A stretch of DNA of 64,000 bases. It comes from Leucoraja erinacea (Eukaryota). Position numbers and translations under genes: made by a program. Below the pieces are notes generated by a model. It did not search any database and was not told the origin of the DNA. It was given only the letters and a program-made list of their open reading frames with translations. The DNA lies in contig NC_073394.1 of the NCBI RefSeq assembly GCF_028641065.1, positions 23,622,001-23,686,000 on the forward strand. The letters are read 5' to 3'. Positions 25,301-37,255 of this stretch are shown here, in pieces; position 1 is the first letter of the stretch; the number at the start of each line of letters is the position of its first letter.

Positions 25301-27258
25301 TTTGTGTCTATCTAAAGACTAGCCATCTTGTCCAGGAAAGGCTAAATTTGACCTTTCTTGGAACACATGCTAATTTCAAGTTTATTCTAACTATCACAAT
25401 TGCTGGAATTATTTATTGCTAAATCTAGGTAATTCTTTCATAAAATAATTTTGGAATACTTCCAAACCATATTTCTGCCTTGCTTCTTTACTAAGTCACG
25501 AATAAATTCCGATCAGGCAAGCAGCAACCTTTGACTCAAATGATTATTTTCAATCTTGGCCCTCCCCTGTTAACAACTTATTCTCCTGTGCAACACCTTC
25601 CTGGTAAACTTTACTTCCTTCAAGCACCTGGGTCATTCTACCTTCTACAAACCCTGGATCATTCAAATTTCTGTTACACCATGCCATCTGACCCGCTGAG
25701 TTACTCCAGCACAAAATGCTAGAGTAACTCAGCAGGTCAGGCAGCATCCTTGGAGAAAAGGAATAGGTGATGTTTCAGGTCAAGACCCATGCCTTTTATT
25801 CATCAGCTCTGTGCTTGCTGACTCACACTGCTTCTCATAAGCAACACTTCATCTTTCATTTCAGGTCCCTCGTCTTTATAAGCTCTTGTCCTTCCACTCT
25901 TCAAGACAATTTCACTCTAATTCTGGCTTTCAACATTGATCACTTTACCATTGGTGCTAAAATCTTCAGGTGTCAATCCACCAATCTTTCCTCCTTAATC
26001 TTCTCTCCCCTGCTTTTATTTATTCCTTTGATAACCCTTCTCAGCAGATTTTGATCGTTGTTATTGATAGTCAGTGCCAAATGTTATTTATTCTCCTTAA
26101 TAAGCATCTTAGGATGTTTTACAACATTAAAAGGCATTTTTTAAAATACTGATCAAATACAAACTTGGGAAAAGAAACAGGTTTATTTTTTCCCAGTATT
26201 AAGTTTTACTATCAACAGAAAACATTAGAGGTAAAACAAGCATTAAGGTGCTGAGAAATAGAGGGAGCCCAGACAGGGTGGAAGCAGGAGAAGTCTTGAA
26301 GCTGGAATCTTTTGTCAGAACTGAAAAAAACGAATTTAACCTGAAGCAAAAACTGTTATTCTCTCGTTAGTATTGCCTGTTATTCTATCGTTAGTATTAA
26401 CCAGCATTTTCCAAAATTAATTTTCAAGAAAGATTATAGTGCTTTACATTGGAAGAGGAAGGGAAATTAAGAATTGATATACAGACTAAACACAGTGAAC
26501 TGGACACTGGTTTACAAAAAAAGTTGCAAAGTGTTGCAGTAACTCAGCGGTCATACAAGCTGTTGTTAATTATTGTTGGGGGAAACCCTAATTTCTCCAA
26601 TATTGATTTCTATAATTTCAAGTAACCCTTGTATCTCCCCTCTCTCCATCCCTACCCCCACCCAAGTCGTCTTGTTGAGTCTAATTGTCAGTAACTCGTT
26701 TTCACTTAGTTTCCGTTATCATCTTTACTTTTTTGGATATCTTTCATTCATTTGTTCTATATTTCTCGGCATCACCGTCTACATCTCTCGTTTCCCTTTC
26801 CCTTTGACTCTCAGTCTGAAGAAGGGTCGTTTCCGAAACGTCACCTATTTATTTTCTTCGGAGATGCTCTCTGACTCGCTGAGTTACTCCAGCTTTTTGT
26901 GTCTATCTTCTAATTACAGATGCAAATGGTAAAATGGCCATACAGTACTTTAGTTTCTAGATACACACACTAAGCCTACTCCTTTCCAAATATGTTAACG
27001 TTCTGTTCCTGGTTGGGAAGTGAATGCCTCAATTCGTTGACATTTTATGAATAAGATTTCACGATCCCGCTCCTTCTTTCTGTGCTCGTTTTGAGTAACA
27101 AGTGTTTGTGAAGGTCGCTATTTGCTTGTCAATAACGCTTTGGAGGGTCGGGTTATGCTGGAGATCAAAGATCCTAGAGGAGCTCCTCTAGTATCTTTGC
27201 TGGAGATGGACTCGCCGCCGTCGCCCCAGATGCCGCCGCGACACTCACCTCTCGCCAT
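19367..27258 (-). CDS. TMEM216: TMEM216 (MKS2/JBTS2 ortholog), 6 coding exons, 144 aa
   Basis: Exons 27249-27258, 24997-25013, 24589-24682, 22680-22772, 20950-21151, 19367-19385 join in frame (435 nt): MARGKPPPVLSLAPLEILLLLNSWYFAAYFVAEILFFIYKSLVLPYASANLALDLVMLFLYLGVEILRIFFGSKGNLSQRKVPLTISLVLLGPSTIMAIYYLILQTYVLRLELTINAILLVFYVFELVLYIVGLMSFSSIIAAD. Confidence 0.93.
20950..21151 (-). CDS. TMEM216: TMEM216 coding exon 5 (202 nt)
   Basis: cattag|GTTCCAAGGGG...TCAAG|gtaaga; KGNLSQRKVPL...QTYVLRLE. Confidence 0.95.
22680..22772 (-). CDS. TMEM216: TMEM216 coding exon 4 (93 nt)
   Basis: ttatag|GTCTGG...CTTTG|gtaagt; LPYASANLALDLVMLFLYLGVE. Confidence 0.95.
24589..24682 (-). CDS. TMEM216: TMEM216 coding exon 3 (94 nt)
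   Basis: caaaag|CTCTCTCTG...TAAAA|gtatgt; PLEILLLLNSWYFAAYF. Confidence 0.93.
24683..24996 (-). other. U12-type (minor) GT-AG intron of TMEM216, 314 nt
   Basis: Donor GTATCCTTTT; branch site TTCCTTAAT at 24695-24703, 12 nt from the exon boundary. Confidence 0.88.
24997..25013 (-). CDS. TMEM216: TMEM216 17-nt micro-exon (coding exon 2)
   Basis: gtattttacag|GAAAACCACCTCCAGTT|gtatcctttt; gives G-K-P-P-P-V and restores frame. Confidence 0.87.
27249..27258 (-). CDS. TMEM216: TMEM216 first coding exon (M-A-R-G)
   Basis: aagATGGCGAGAG|gtgagt in a CpG island; phase-1 donor after MxxG as recalled for mammalian MAPR-G. Confidence 0.85.
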
Positions 27259-27264
27259 CTTTGC

Positions 27265-27311
27265 CTCACCATGACAACAGCTCCGGCGACCATCCGTCAC
27301 TTCCTGGTAAC
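27265..27311 (-). promoter_or_regulatory. TMEM216 CpG promoter/5' end with RFX X-box and ETS-like site
   Basis: GTTGTCATGGTGAG (27265-27278) is X-box-like; CACTTCCTGGTAAC near 27298-27311. Confidence 0.65.
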
Positions 27312-27425
27312 CAACCCCGGTCGGTATCACGCGGGATATCACACAAAGCTCTGCTTCAAAGATCTTCGGCACGAAGTGCTGGTGGAATCAGCGGGACACG
27401 GGTAGCATCTGTGCAGTAGGAATGG

Positions 27426-27461
27426 GTGACGTTTCGGGTCGAGACCCTTCTTCAGACCCTC
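27426..27461 (-). ncRNA. Minimal hammerhead-ribozyme-like motif in a Penelope terminal repeat (representative copy)
   Basis: GGGT-CTGAAGA-A-GGGTC-TC-GACCC-GAAA-C-GTC-ACCC: CUGANGA and GAAA core, stem II, palindromic loop-less stem III. Similar copies at about 16260, 25220, 26815, 40160, 52380, 58012. Confidence 0.55.
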
Positions 27462-30184
27462 CTTCGTGTTTCGACCAGAATCGTCACCATTCCTTCTCTC
27501 CAGAGATGCTGTCCCGCTGAGTTACTCCAGCTTTTTGTGTCTCTCTTCGGTTACATACTCTCTGCCGCAGAAGTAGTTGAGGCCAGTTCATTGGCTATAT
27601 TTAAGAGGGAGTTAGATGTGGCCCTTGTGGCTAAAGGGATCAGGGAGTATGGAGAGAAGGCAGGAACAGGATACTGAGGGATGATCAGCCATGATCATAT
27701 TGAATGGCGGTGCAGGCTCGAAGGGCCGAATGGCCTACTCCTGCATCTATTTTCTATGTTTCTATGTTTAAACCTGCACCTCCTTCCTACACAAGTGTTT
27801 GGTGGACATACATGAGGAGGAGGAGGACGGGGGGGGGGTCTGACTGACAGATGCGTGGGTTAAGAGACAAGGCAGAAATGCGTGTCAGATAAGGTGTGAA
27901 ATGTAAAGACAGAGGGAGGGATATGGATAGCAGGAGACAGGAGAAGAGGGGACTAAAGCAGAGACGGGGATGTATGATGTGATCTTTTTAAACCTCGCAC
28001 TCAAATTTTATCAGCTACTATAATCAAAAGGAAAAATATTTTAAAAAACAAACAACACCGGACTAGACCTCACACAACTTGAAATTCCCTTAAATAATTT
28101 GGGGATCTTTTGATTTGGAGTGTTTTACCTGAAAAGATGATGTCAACAAATCTATTTTTCAAAATTAAATGGATGCTTAATTTGTATTTCTGGAAAGCTT
28201 TCTTTTGGTGCAAAACACCTCATTTTGAATATCACTAATTAAAGCTCCTGATATACTTCTCTACTATGAGAACATCTCAGCTGTAAACTGATTATACATG
28301 AACAAATTATTTTGTTTGTCTTGGAAAATTAGTTCAATGGTGATATTTCACTCTCTCCAGATCTGGTACAATGTGGCAACTCAGTGTACAGTGTACAATG
28401 TGTGCTCATCCAGTGTACAGTGCTGTCTTTAATAAGGCAAGACACCTTGGTTAAGTAATCCAAAATACATATTTTCAACTTTATTTCAACAATTAAACAT
28501 GTTTGAAAAGCCCAAACTGGATTAACTGATGGAATTTGCCAATGGAATGAGATGAAAACTATTTTGTAGTCTGAAGAAGGGTCGTGACCTAAAATGTCAC
28601 GTATCCATGTCCTCCAGAGATACTGCCTGACCTACTGAGTTATTCCAGCACTATGTTTTTTTACTCATGATTTCAGCATCTGCTGTTCCTTGTGTCTCTC
28701 TGTTTAGTACAATAATCCCTTATTCACTGAGGTGGATAAACGAAAAGGTAACACCTTTGGTAAACTATTAACAGCAAAAAAAAATCAATAAACTTGTTGA
28801 AAATTTTCTTTACATATTTAATACAAAACAATCACAATACAGAAATGTTCAAGAAAATAATCTATTATAAAAGTTGTCATACTAATCTGGTTCACAAAAT
28901 AAACAAATATATTTTAATACAAGAACAGTTATCATGAAATCCATCATGGAGAAAATAGCAGGACTTAAAACACATTATTCAAATTAAATTGAAGAAATGG
29001 AACTGTATATTAGGGCAAACTAAATACTGCATATCATTTTGACTCAAAAATATAAAGAGTAAAAATATTTTAAAAGTTAGGCTCGAAGTGGATAAATACA
29101 ACAACAAGCTAGAGTAAAAATTCAAAACAATTACAAATCAATTAGCTAGTTCTGAAACTTGGTCACCTGTCTCCCATGTAGTGCATTACGGTCCTCAGTA
29201 CCTTATTTGTTGTGTTATTGATGGGAACAAACACAGAGATACAGCTCATTGTGCCTTTTATAAATCAATAAATTAGAGATGGTACAAGACCTTCCCCCAA
29301 TATGTTCCCCTCCCTTACAACAACATAGCTTGCAAAATTCTAACAATCCCCTTACGATGCCATCCATGCAGCTCCTTGGAAATAAAGCAAAAAAATATTG
29401 TTGAGCATATACAGGGTACAAAGTTCTATGATGTTATTCAACTTATTTTTAAAGATGATCAGATGGAGCAGATAAATTGTGTTTTACCATTTTATTTGGA
29501 AAGGAGATAGAAATGGGCAGTATGGGGCTGGGGAACTATGACTGGAGTGGAGATAGCCAGAGATTATGAGATCCGTAACGGTTAGGAGATGATGGCTTGG
29601 CGTTAATATGTGGGGCCAGAGTCAATGGGTAGGCGTGAGGAGATATCCGATCTGGCCTCAGCCTGGTCGTCTGATTTTGTTAGAGAAGTTAATAGAAGTA
29701 GGCAATCTGGGGTTGGGTAATTTTTTGTGGGAGGTAGATAGAAGCTGGCAGAATGGGGCTGGGGAATTTTTGTGTTATTTATACAAGGTAGAAAAAATGC
29801 TGAGAAACAAATGCATGGACCTGAAACTAATTTGCACCTGAAAGAATTAGCAGTGCCACAGAACTGTTCCACACCAAAAGTATGTGCCACCAAGAGGAAG
29901 GTATGAAGTGGGGGAAAACTAGCAAAACATCTTGATTAGTGAGAGTTCAATAAAAATAATGATTGTACAGAGAAAAATATAATTAATGGCAAACGCATGA
30001 TTTAGCAGTGAAGTGCTTAGAGGATTAAGCTCTCTTAATTGCATACAACTGTCTTAAAACAATATTTTATTTTCTTCAAATATGGGTAGTATACTGAAAG
30101 TTAAATATGCTCTATATTTAGTCCAAATCTTGAACATGTCAAATACTCAATTTTTAATTTGGAGTATTGCAATACTCTGCCAAC

Positions 30185-30297
30185 TCATTTTCGAACACGG
30201 AAAAATTCATTTCGGAGCCATTCCGAGTCTTCGTATAATCGTGGGTCTCCAAGGCAAAGAGTGGTTCTTTTGTAGGAATAATAGTATAACATAGCAA
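30185..30297 (-). CDS. TMEM138: TMEM138 last coding exon
   Basis: ttcccag|TTGCTATG...AAATGA; AATAAA at 30066-30071 downstream. Confidence 0.95.
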
Positions 30298-33200
30298 CTG
30301 GGAATGAAATAAAATTAAGCAGTTTCAGGTTAGTGCATCACATTTGAAATTCTCTATATTAACAGATCGTGTGACATTCCAACATACCCATACTCAATGC
30401 AGATGCATGTTTAAACCCTTAATTGGTCAAATAAGTAGCTTCTTCAAACTCAACTTCAACCAAAAAATGTTTTGGAAGAATTATTCTATCACTGTCAACT
30501 CCCCCCAACAATTGGCAATCTCCTAATAGTTGGCATCCTTTTCAACACTGGATGCTTATTAGAACCAGTCAGGCAACTTTGGAAAATAATGTTGGCTTTA
30601 TTTTCTATGTTAATCTGCAATGTAAAGTTCCTTGATTCTAAGCAAATGCTGGTTCTCCTTTTTGCAAAGTGTTTTGTTCGACATTTAGAATGATGCTTTC
30701 AAATATTTGCTTCCTTCTAACGTAAATCACATGGGTTCCATCTTGTGCATATAATTAGGATTAATCCTGTACTTCACTCACGCCCATGTCCCTATTGCAC
30801 ACATTTTCTCTATTCAGCCCTGGGCATGCATCTGCCTGTCAACCCCCTCTCCAGAGATGCTGCCTGACCCGCTGAGTTACTTCAACACTTATGTAAAGCA
30901 GCACTCGTAGTTCCTTGTTTCTCCATTTATCTGTACCAACAATCAGTTCACATTACTTTCCTCCAGTATAGTGTTGCAAAGTATAGTTGCGAATATAATC
31001 TCAGTGATCGCAGAAATAAATCCCAAACAATACCATTACTGGACATTTTTGGACTGCTGTGTTCTTGATCTTATTTACAAACCAACATTTCAATAAAACT
31101 AATACTATGCATGGACATTGGGTGCAAAAGGCTGAGATTCAATACATTTCCTTCTGTTATGTTAGTGTTTTAATATATGTTTAGTGGCAAAGAATCCAAT
31201 TTCATGGAAAGTCATTAGCTGTGTGACAAAAGTATCTTAAAAAAGATAACCATAACAACTTTGTCTGACAGCTTTCTTACCAAACCGTTGGAAGACAAAA
31301 AGTACTTGAAGCCCATTTGTCCACACAAACCTGTGCCGATACCGCCATCGCAGATTCTGTGGTGAACAAGATTAAATAGCTTAAGTAAATAATTATGGAA
31401 ACATATACAACCACTTTCATCGACATGCAAATAGATTTAGAATTGCCTTTAACACCCTGGCTTCTGTGCATCAACTAATACGATTAGCTGTCTAAGAAAA
31501 CCAAATCCCTTTGACCTTCTTTCTCGTCCCAGACATAATTAAGAATACAAACACTGTCAACAATTGTGGTCCTGAAAATGAGTACTGATACAATGTTCTG
31601 GCTTTATCCCTACATTAGTTTTGAAGATTAAAGGAAGCGTTGTTTATTTTGAACTAAAATCTGCATCTTAACTCTAAAGAAGCATGACCAGATTCAAATT
31701 ACCCTTCTATTATGACCCTAGAGATTTGTGGTTTAGGTTTATTATTGTCACATCTACAATGAAAAGCTTTGTTTTACATGTAGATCAGATATACCATAAA
31801 TAGACCAAAGCAGTTCAAACTCAAGTACAATAGACAGTGCAAAGAGGGAAGATACAGAGTGCAGAATATAGTTCTCAGCATTGTAGTGGATCAGTTCCAT
31901 AGACAAAGTGCGATGTCCACAGTGGGGTAGAGGTAAATTAGACAGTGTCCTAGCTTATGGAGGAACCATTCGGAAACCTGATAATGGAGGAGAAGAAACT
32001 GTTCCTGATTATGTTCCTGGTTACCCAGCACATACTCACACCTACCCCAAATGGTATTACAAGCCTTATCAAATCAACCAGAACTGGACATTCATTGTCC
32101 AATTTTGTTATAACTAGATCAATAAACCAAAGATTGTTATACGTAATAAGTTATAGGGAGCTTGAGTTTTAACATATTTGAGTTATAGGGAGAGGTTGGT
32201 TAGGCTGGGTCCTTTTTCTTTGGAGAGTAGGAAGCTGAGGAGTGACCTTATTGAGGTGTGCAAGATCATAAGTGTCATGGATAAAGCATGGTCACAGTCT
32301 TTTCCACAGGGTAGAGGATTCTAAGATTGGAAGGCATAGGCTTCGAAAGGATGGGGTAAGCAGAAACATACTGATGTGAAGAGGACAAAATAATAAGCTT
32401 TAAATACATGTGGAATGTAAATACAGCTATATGTATGGAATTAATAATATGGAAGGAGGCATCACAACCTGGTGCTCAGAAAACAATCTGGCTCTGAACA
32501 CCAGGAAAACAAAAGAGCTCATTGTCGACTTCAGGAGGCACAGCACCGACTTAGCCCCCCTACACATCAACGGCGAGTGTGTGGAGAGGGTCAACACCTT
32601 CCGGTTTCTCGGTGTCCATATCGCTGCTGACATCTCCTGGACGGACAACACGACAGCGGTCATCAAGAAGGCTCAGCAGCGGCTGCACTTCCTGAGGGTC
32701 CTCAGGAAGCACAACCTGGACTCTAACCTGCTGCTGACCTTCTACCGCTCGTCCATCGAGAGCCTGCTGACATACTGCATTACAGCATGGTATGGCAGCT
32801 GCACCATGGCAGACAGGGAGAGGCTTCAGAGGGTAACCAGGACAGCGCAGAGGATCATTGGCTGCCCTCTCCCCTCCCTGATGGACATCTACACCTCCCG
32901 CTGCCTTAGCAGGGCAAAGAAGATCATCAAAGACAGCTCCCATCCTGCGTTTGGACTGTTCGACCTGCTGCCCTCTGGAAGGCGCTATAGGTGCATCAAA
33001 TCCAGGACAAACAGACTCAGGAATAGTTGCTTTCTGAGAATTATATCTACTATAAATTCAAATTCACACATGCACTGACTACACCGCCCAACACGGACTT
33101 CCATCTGTATATATGTATATATGAATGTAGCGCCGCAGAATTTGTGCACCTATTCCCCCCCCCCCCCCCATCTCCCTTCTGTTTTTTTGTTTTCTGTCTC

Positions 33201-36200
33201 TTGTTTTTTGTGCTAAATTGTATGTATGCACTGAGTACGAGCAGCTTTCAGTTTCACTGTACATGTATAGTGACAATAAATGGCATATCTATCTATATCT
33301 ATCACCTTTCCACAATTGACAGACTGGAGTGAAGACCGTGAGGGAATTTTGTTTTCTCCTTAAATAAGAGCTTGAGACTTTAGTTTTTCTTACCACATAA
33401 GCATGTTGTCTTTTACAAGTTTGCTTCCAAATCTCCCCGATTTGAATTAAGGACTTTCTATCTTTGCTAATTACCAAAATATTCCACATTTATCCAGAAA
33501 TACTTTTTCTGACACAAAGAAAGATTACATTCACATAACCCTCAACACTTCTAATCAAGAAGTATGCAATTTAATACAGTGAACAATAGAACACATCTAA
33601 TTGCTGCAAGCCTTGCATACCTGAATCCAAACATGAAAGCTGACACTCAGAAAAAAGTAAATTCCAGAGATAATAATGGTTCCCGTAAACCTGTGAATCA
33701 ACAACTTGACCAGCCCTGCTTGAAAGACAAATGTGTTGAAAAACATCAGGAAGATAATGATGATATTGAAGAGGATTCCGATGTCTTGTATGCTGAAAAT
33801 AGGGAAAATAGTTAGATTTTCGGTATCAATTGCACAGAAACAATGACAATTAAAAGAAAATTGCAATTAAAATAAAAACAGACTTACAATTTTATAGTAC
33901 GTCTCTTCAAAGTGCGTTAAACTAATGGCCTATTGTTGAAACACAGTCATCGTAGTGAAACAGTAAATGAGTCTGTCAATTTGTGCTCAGCAATCTTGTA
34001 CAAACAGCTTTATTAACCAGATCTATTTTCATGAGATCTGGTTAATAATGATGAGAGTTAAATAAACTTGTGTGTAGCTAAAAGAGCCTAAAAGGGAAAC
34101 TATTTCTGATAGAATCATAGCATAGAAACAGATCCTTTGGCCCAACTCGTTCATGCCAATGTCAATCTGAGCTAGTCCCATTTGACTGAGTTTGGTTCTT
34201 TTCTATCCATGTACCCATCCAAATCTTTGAAACATTGTAATTGTATCGGCCTCAAAGGTCTGGTTACTCATACCGTAAAGCCAGGTGTGAAGAAGTTGGT
34301 CGTCAGAACCCTTTTAAATCTTTCTCCTCTCACCTTAAAGGTACGGCCTCTCGTTTTAAACTCCCTTTCCTTGGGAAAACAACTATGACCATCCACATTA
34401 TCTATGTCCCTCATGCTTTTATATACCTCCATAAAGTTACTCCTTCACCACGAAATAAAGTCCTATCCAGCCTCTATTTATAACTGAAGCTCCCCTGTCA
34501 CAATAACATCCTTCTGAATACTTTAGGCATCTCTCCAGGTTATATTCTCATTTATATGTTCATTTACCATGTTGAAGAAGAGGGGGAGAGCAAACATATT
34601 GTCTTAACCTGGTATAATCTTAAAGAAGCATATTCTTTCAATTTTTCACATCTAAGCTGTTTGTCTCTGCCTAGATTATTTTGTTTGGGAGGGATATGGG
34701 ACTCACAAACCTCCAAATTCACTATTTGCTAGTTGTCAGTATGCCTCTATACCAGTGGTTCCCAACCTTTCTTTGGCCATGCCCCACCTAATCACCTCTA
34801 AAATCCTGATGCCCCCCCCGCCATGTGGTGATATATAATTCTTATCATTTAAAAAGTGAACTCCATTTCAGCTGAAGAAGCTTAAAATGCCAATACCTTG
34901 GATTATGTAATAACTACACAATAAAGACCTTTTTTACCCAAAAAAAAATATTTACTCAAAATAACACCTGAAACATAAACTACATATGTTTACCTGATGG
35001 AAAATCCAAAAAAATAAAAATCGAAAGTTTGGACCCACAGACCTCCTCAGTCGCGCTCAATTGCCCCCCTTAAAAATCAAATTGCCCCCCTGTGGGGCGT
35101 ATGCCCCACGTTGGGAACCACTGCTCTATACAGTTTTAAAGCAGATGTGAGGAGCTACGGCCCAGAGCAAAGGGCATTACCAGGACAGAATAAAGATGAT
35201 TACAAAAAAATAACTAAACTCTATATATATTGTTCATGGGTGTTCATATAAAATGCCATGTATTTAAAACTTGTTTTATCACAGACTTGGGATAGAAAAC
35301 ATAATCTTCAATATGGTTAGAAATTGGTATCAGGGAAACCTCATCCAGAGATCTAGAACATTAATCCAAAGACATAAATTCAAACCCTATATGGCAAGCA
35401 ATTTTATTTTAAAAGAACCCCAAATTAATAATGGTCATGTCCCCTCCCTTCACTATATGTGTTCTTCAAGGAAGGGAATATGCCATCTTCACCATGTCTG
35501 GCCTACACTTGACTGTAGACCAACCAAAGTGATTGGTTCTTAACAACTTCCTCAGTTTGGAGCAATTAGGAATGTAAAATAAATGTCAACATTGCCAGCA
35601 AATCCCATGAATAAATAAATAAATAAATAATTACCAGAAGAACAATTCAGTGAACTGGTTAGTTACAAATATTTCTACTTAAACTCGAGATAGTACAACA
35701 TTGTGCACATTAAATCCTGTCATAGTTCACAAGGAGAAAGATAATTTGCAATGGCATTGAAGAAATGTTTAACAAAGTTGTAACAAAATGTGGGGCAAAC
35801 GGTTTTGTGCTTGTATATTAAATTATAAGAATAGATAGACACAAGAAAGGAAGAATTGAGGAATCCCACAGTTTTAAGATTCTGAGATTGAAGTGTACAA
35901 TACACGATGTAATGAGTCTCAAATTCAGCAGGGAATGCGCAAAGAATGGAACATAACAACATAATCAAAATAACTGAATATAATATAATCGATCTTCCCC
36001 TCTCCTCCACCCTTATGATATTGGTAAATGGCCCCATTAATCTATTAGTGTTAATATACATAATAGCACTTACATGAATATTATTAGAGGAACAACTGTT
36101 TCGATTAGTAACAGTTCAGCGAAGGAATTGGCCAACAGGTCGAAGATCAGTATAATGAATTGTACTGACAGCACAAGGCTGTAGCTTGATACTTGGAGCA

Positions 36201-36201
36201 T
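30185..36201 (-). CDS. TMEM138: TMEM138 (JBTS16 ortholog), 4 coding exons, 162 aa
   Basis: Exons 36074-36201, 33621-33792, 31281-31356, 30185-30297 (128/172/76/113 nt) join in frame: [31 protein letters not shown]...[28 protein letters not shown]...[25 protein letters not shown]...[29 protein letters not shown]. Confidence 0.96.
31281..31356 (-). CDS. TMEM138: TMEM138 coding exon 3 (76 nt)
   Basis: ccacag|AATCTG...GTTTG|gtaaga. Confidence 0.95.
32460..33300 (+). mobile_element. Rex1/Babar LINE, 5'-truncated, relatively young
   Basis: [23 protein letters not shown]...[11 protein letters not shown]...[14 protein letters not shown]...LLPSGRRYR; AATAAA plus TATC-repeat tail. Confidence 0.85.
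33621..33792 (-). CDS. TMEM138: TMEM138 coding exon 2 (172 nt)
   Basis: tttcag|CATACA...TTCAG|gtatgc. Confidence 0.95.
34753..35123. mobile_element. hAT (Charlie-like) MITE, 371 bp
   Basis: TIRs CAGTGGTTCCCAAC / GTTGGGAACCACTG; perfect 8-bp TSD CTCTATAC. Confidence 0.9.
36074..36201 (-). CDS. TMEM138: TMEM138 first coding exon (exon extends 5' to about 36276)
   Basis: aaaATGCTCCAA...TTCAT|gtaagt; acceptor gtgttttag at 36277. Confidence 0.95.
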
Positions 36202-36594
36202 TTTCCGGTGAAGTCAGTGTCAACAACACGGAGAATCAGTGGCACTATCATGCAAAGTCATGGTCTCTGCAGTAAACTAAAACACAGAGATGCATTTCAA
36301 TTACAGGATAGAAAAATGTGCACATTACATTAAAACATTATAAAAGATTCTGACTCCCCCTCCACCCAACACACTCACCACCACCAGTACTGGGTTACTG
36401 ATCTAGATTACTGGGGTTGGCAGATAATGCCTCCATCATTATATCCAAAACAGTAGTCTGATAGAGCTTAACTAATTTAGCAAGAGTACAAGGAATACTA
36501 GTTTTGGATTGGTGGCGATGAGTAAATGTACAGGTACTAATCTACACAACCCTATTCCTATCTCGACAATGGAACGCCTCAGTCTACCTCTTCC

Positions 36595-37255
36595 ACCGGG
36601 TGGCGCCGTCATCGATGGCAGCCTCGCCAACAGTCTGTGTGTTTTCGTCTTTTTTTTAGTGTTTTAATAGTATGTGTTAATGTTCTCTGGTTTGTTTTAT
36701 GTGGGGGGTGGGGGAGGGGATTGGGGGAAACTTTTTTTTAACCTCTTACCTTGCCGGAAATGCGATTGTTTTCCAGATCGCATCTCTGGTCGCTCTGCTG
36801 CCTAGCATCATGGAGCTGGAGGCCTTGCTCGAGACTGACTAAGCCCCACCGTGGGGCCGTGGACTTACCATCAGAGCTTGCGATCCGTTGCCTGGGATCG
36901 ACGCTCCAACTGCAGCCTGCGGATTTCACTATCGAGGAGCTCGCAGTCTCAGGTAGAGGCTGATGTCGGGAAGCTCCAGTCGCAGGTTTCGACCAGCCCC
37001 GACCACGGGTAGATCACCCGTCAACGGAAGGCTCGAGGCCCCCGACCACGGGAAAACAAAGAAGGGAAGAGATTTAACTTTTTTTCGCCTTCCATCACAT
37101 TGAGGAATGTGGAGGAGTCACTGTGGTGGATGTTTATGTTAAAATGTATTTTGTGTGTTTCATTGCTTTTTATTGGTATGACTGTATGGCAAATCAAATT
37201 CCTTGTATGTTGCAAAACATACTTGGCTAATAAAGTAATTATGATTATGATTACA
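36595..37255 (+). mobile_element. GC-rich non-coding retroposon
   Basis: Same layout as 16605-17300; AATAAA plus (ATTATG)n tail. Confidence 0.6.

Noticed and set aside
33564-33815. Acidic plus-strand ORF
   Set aside because: Antisense shadow of a hydrophobic TMEM138 exon.
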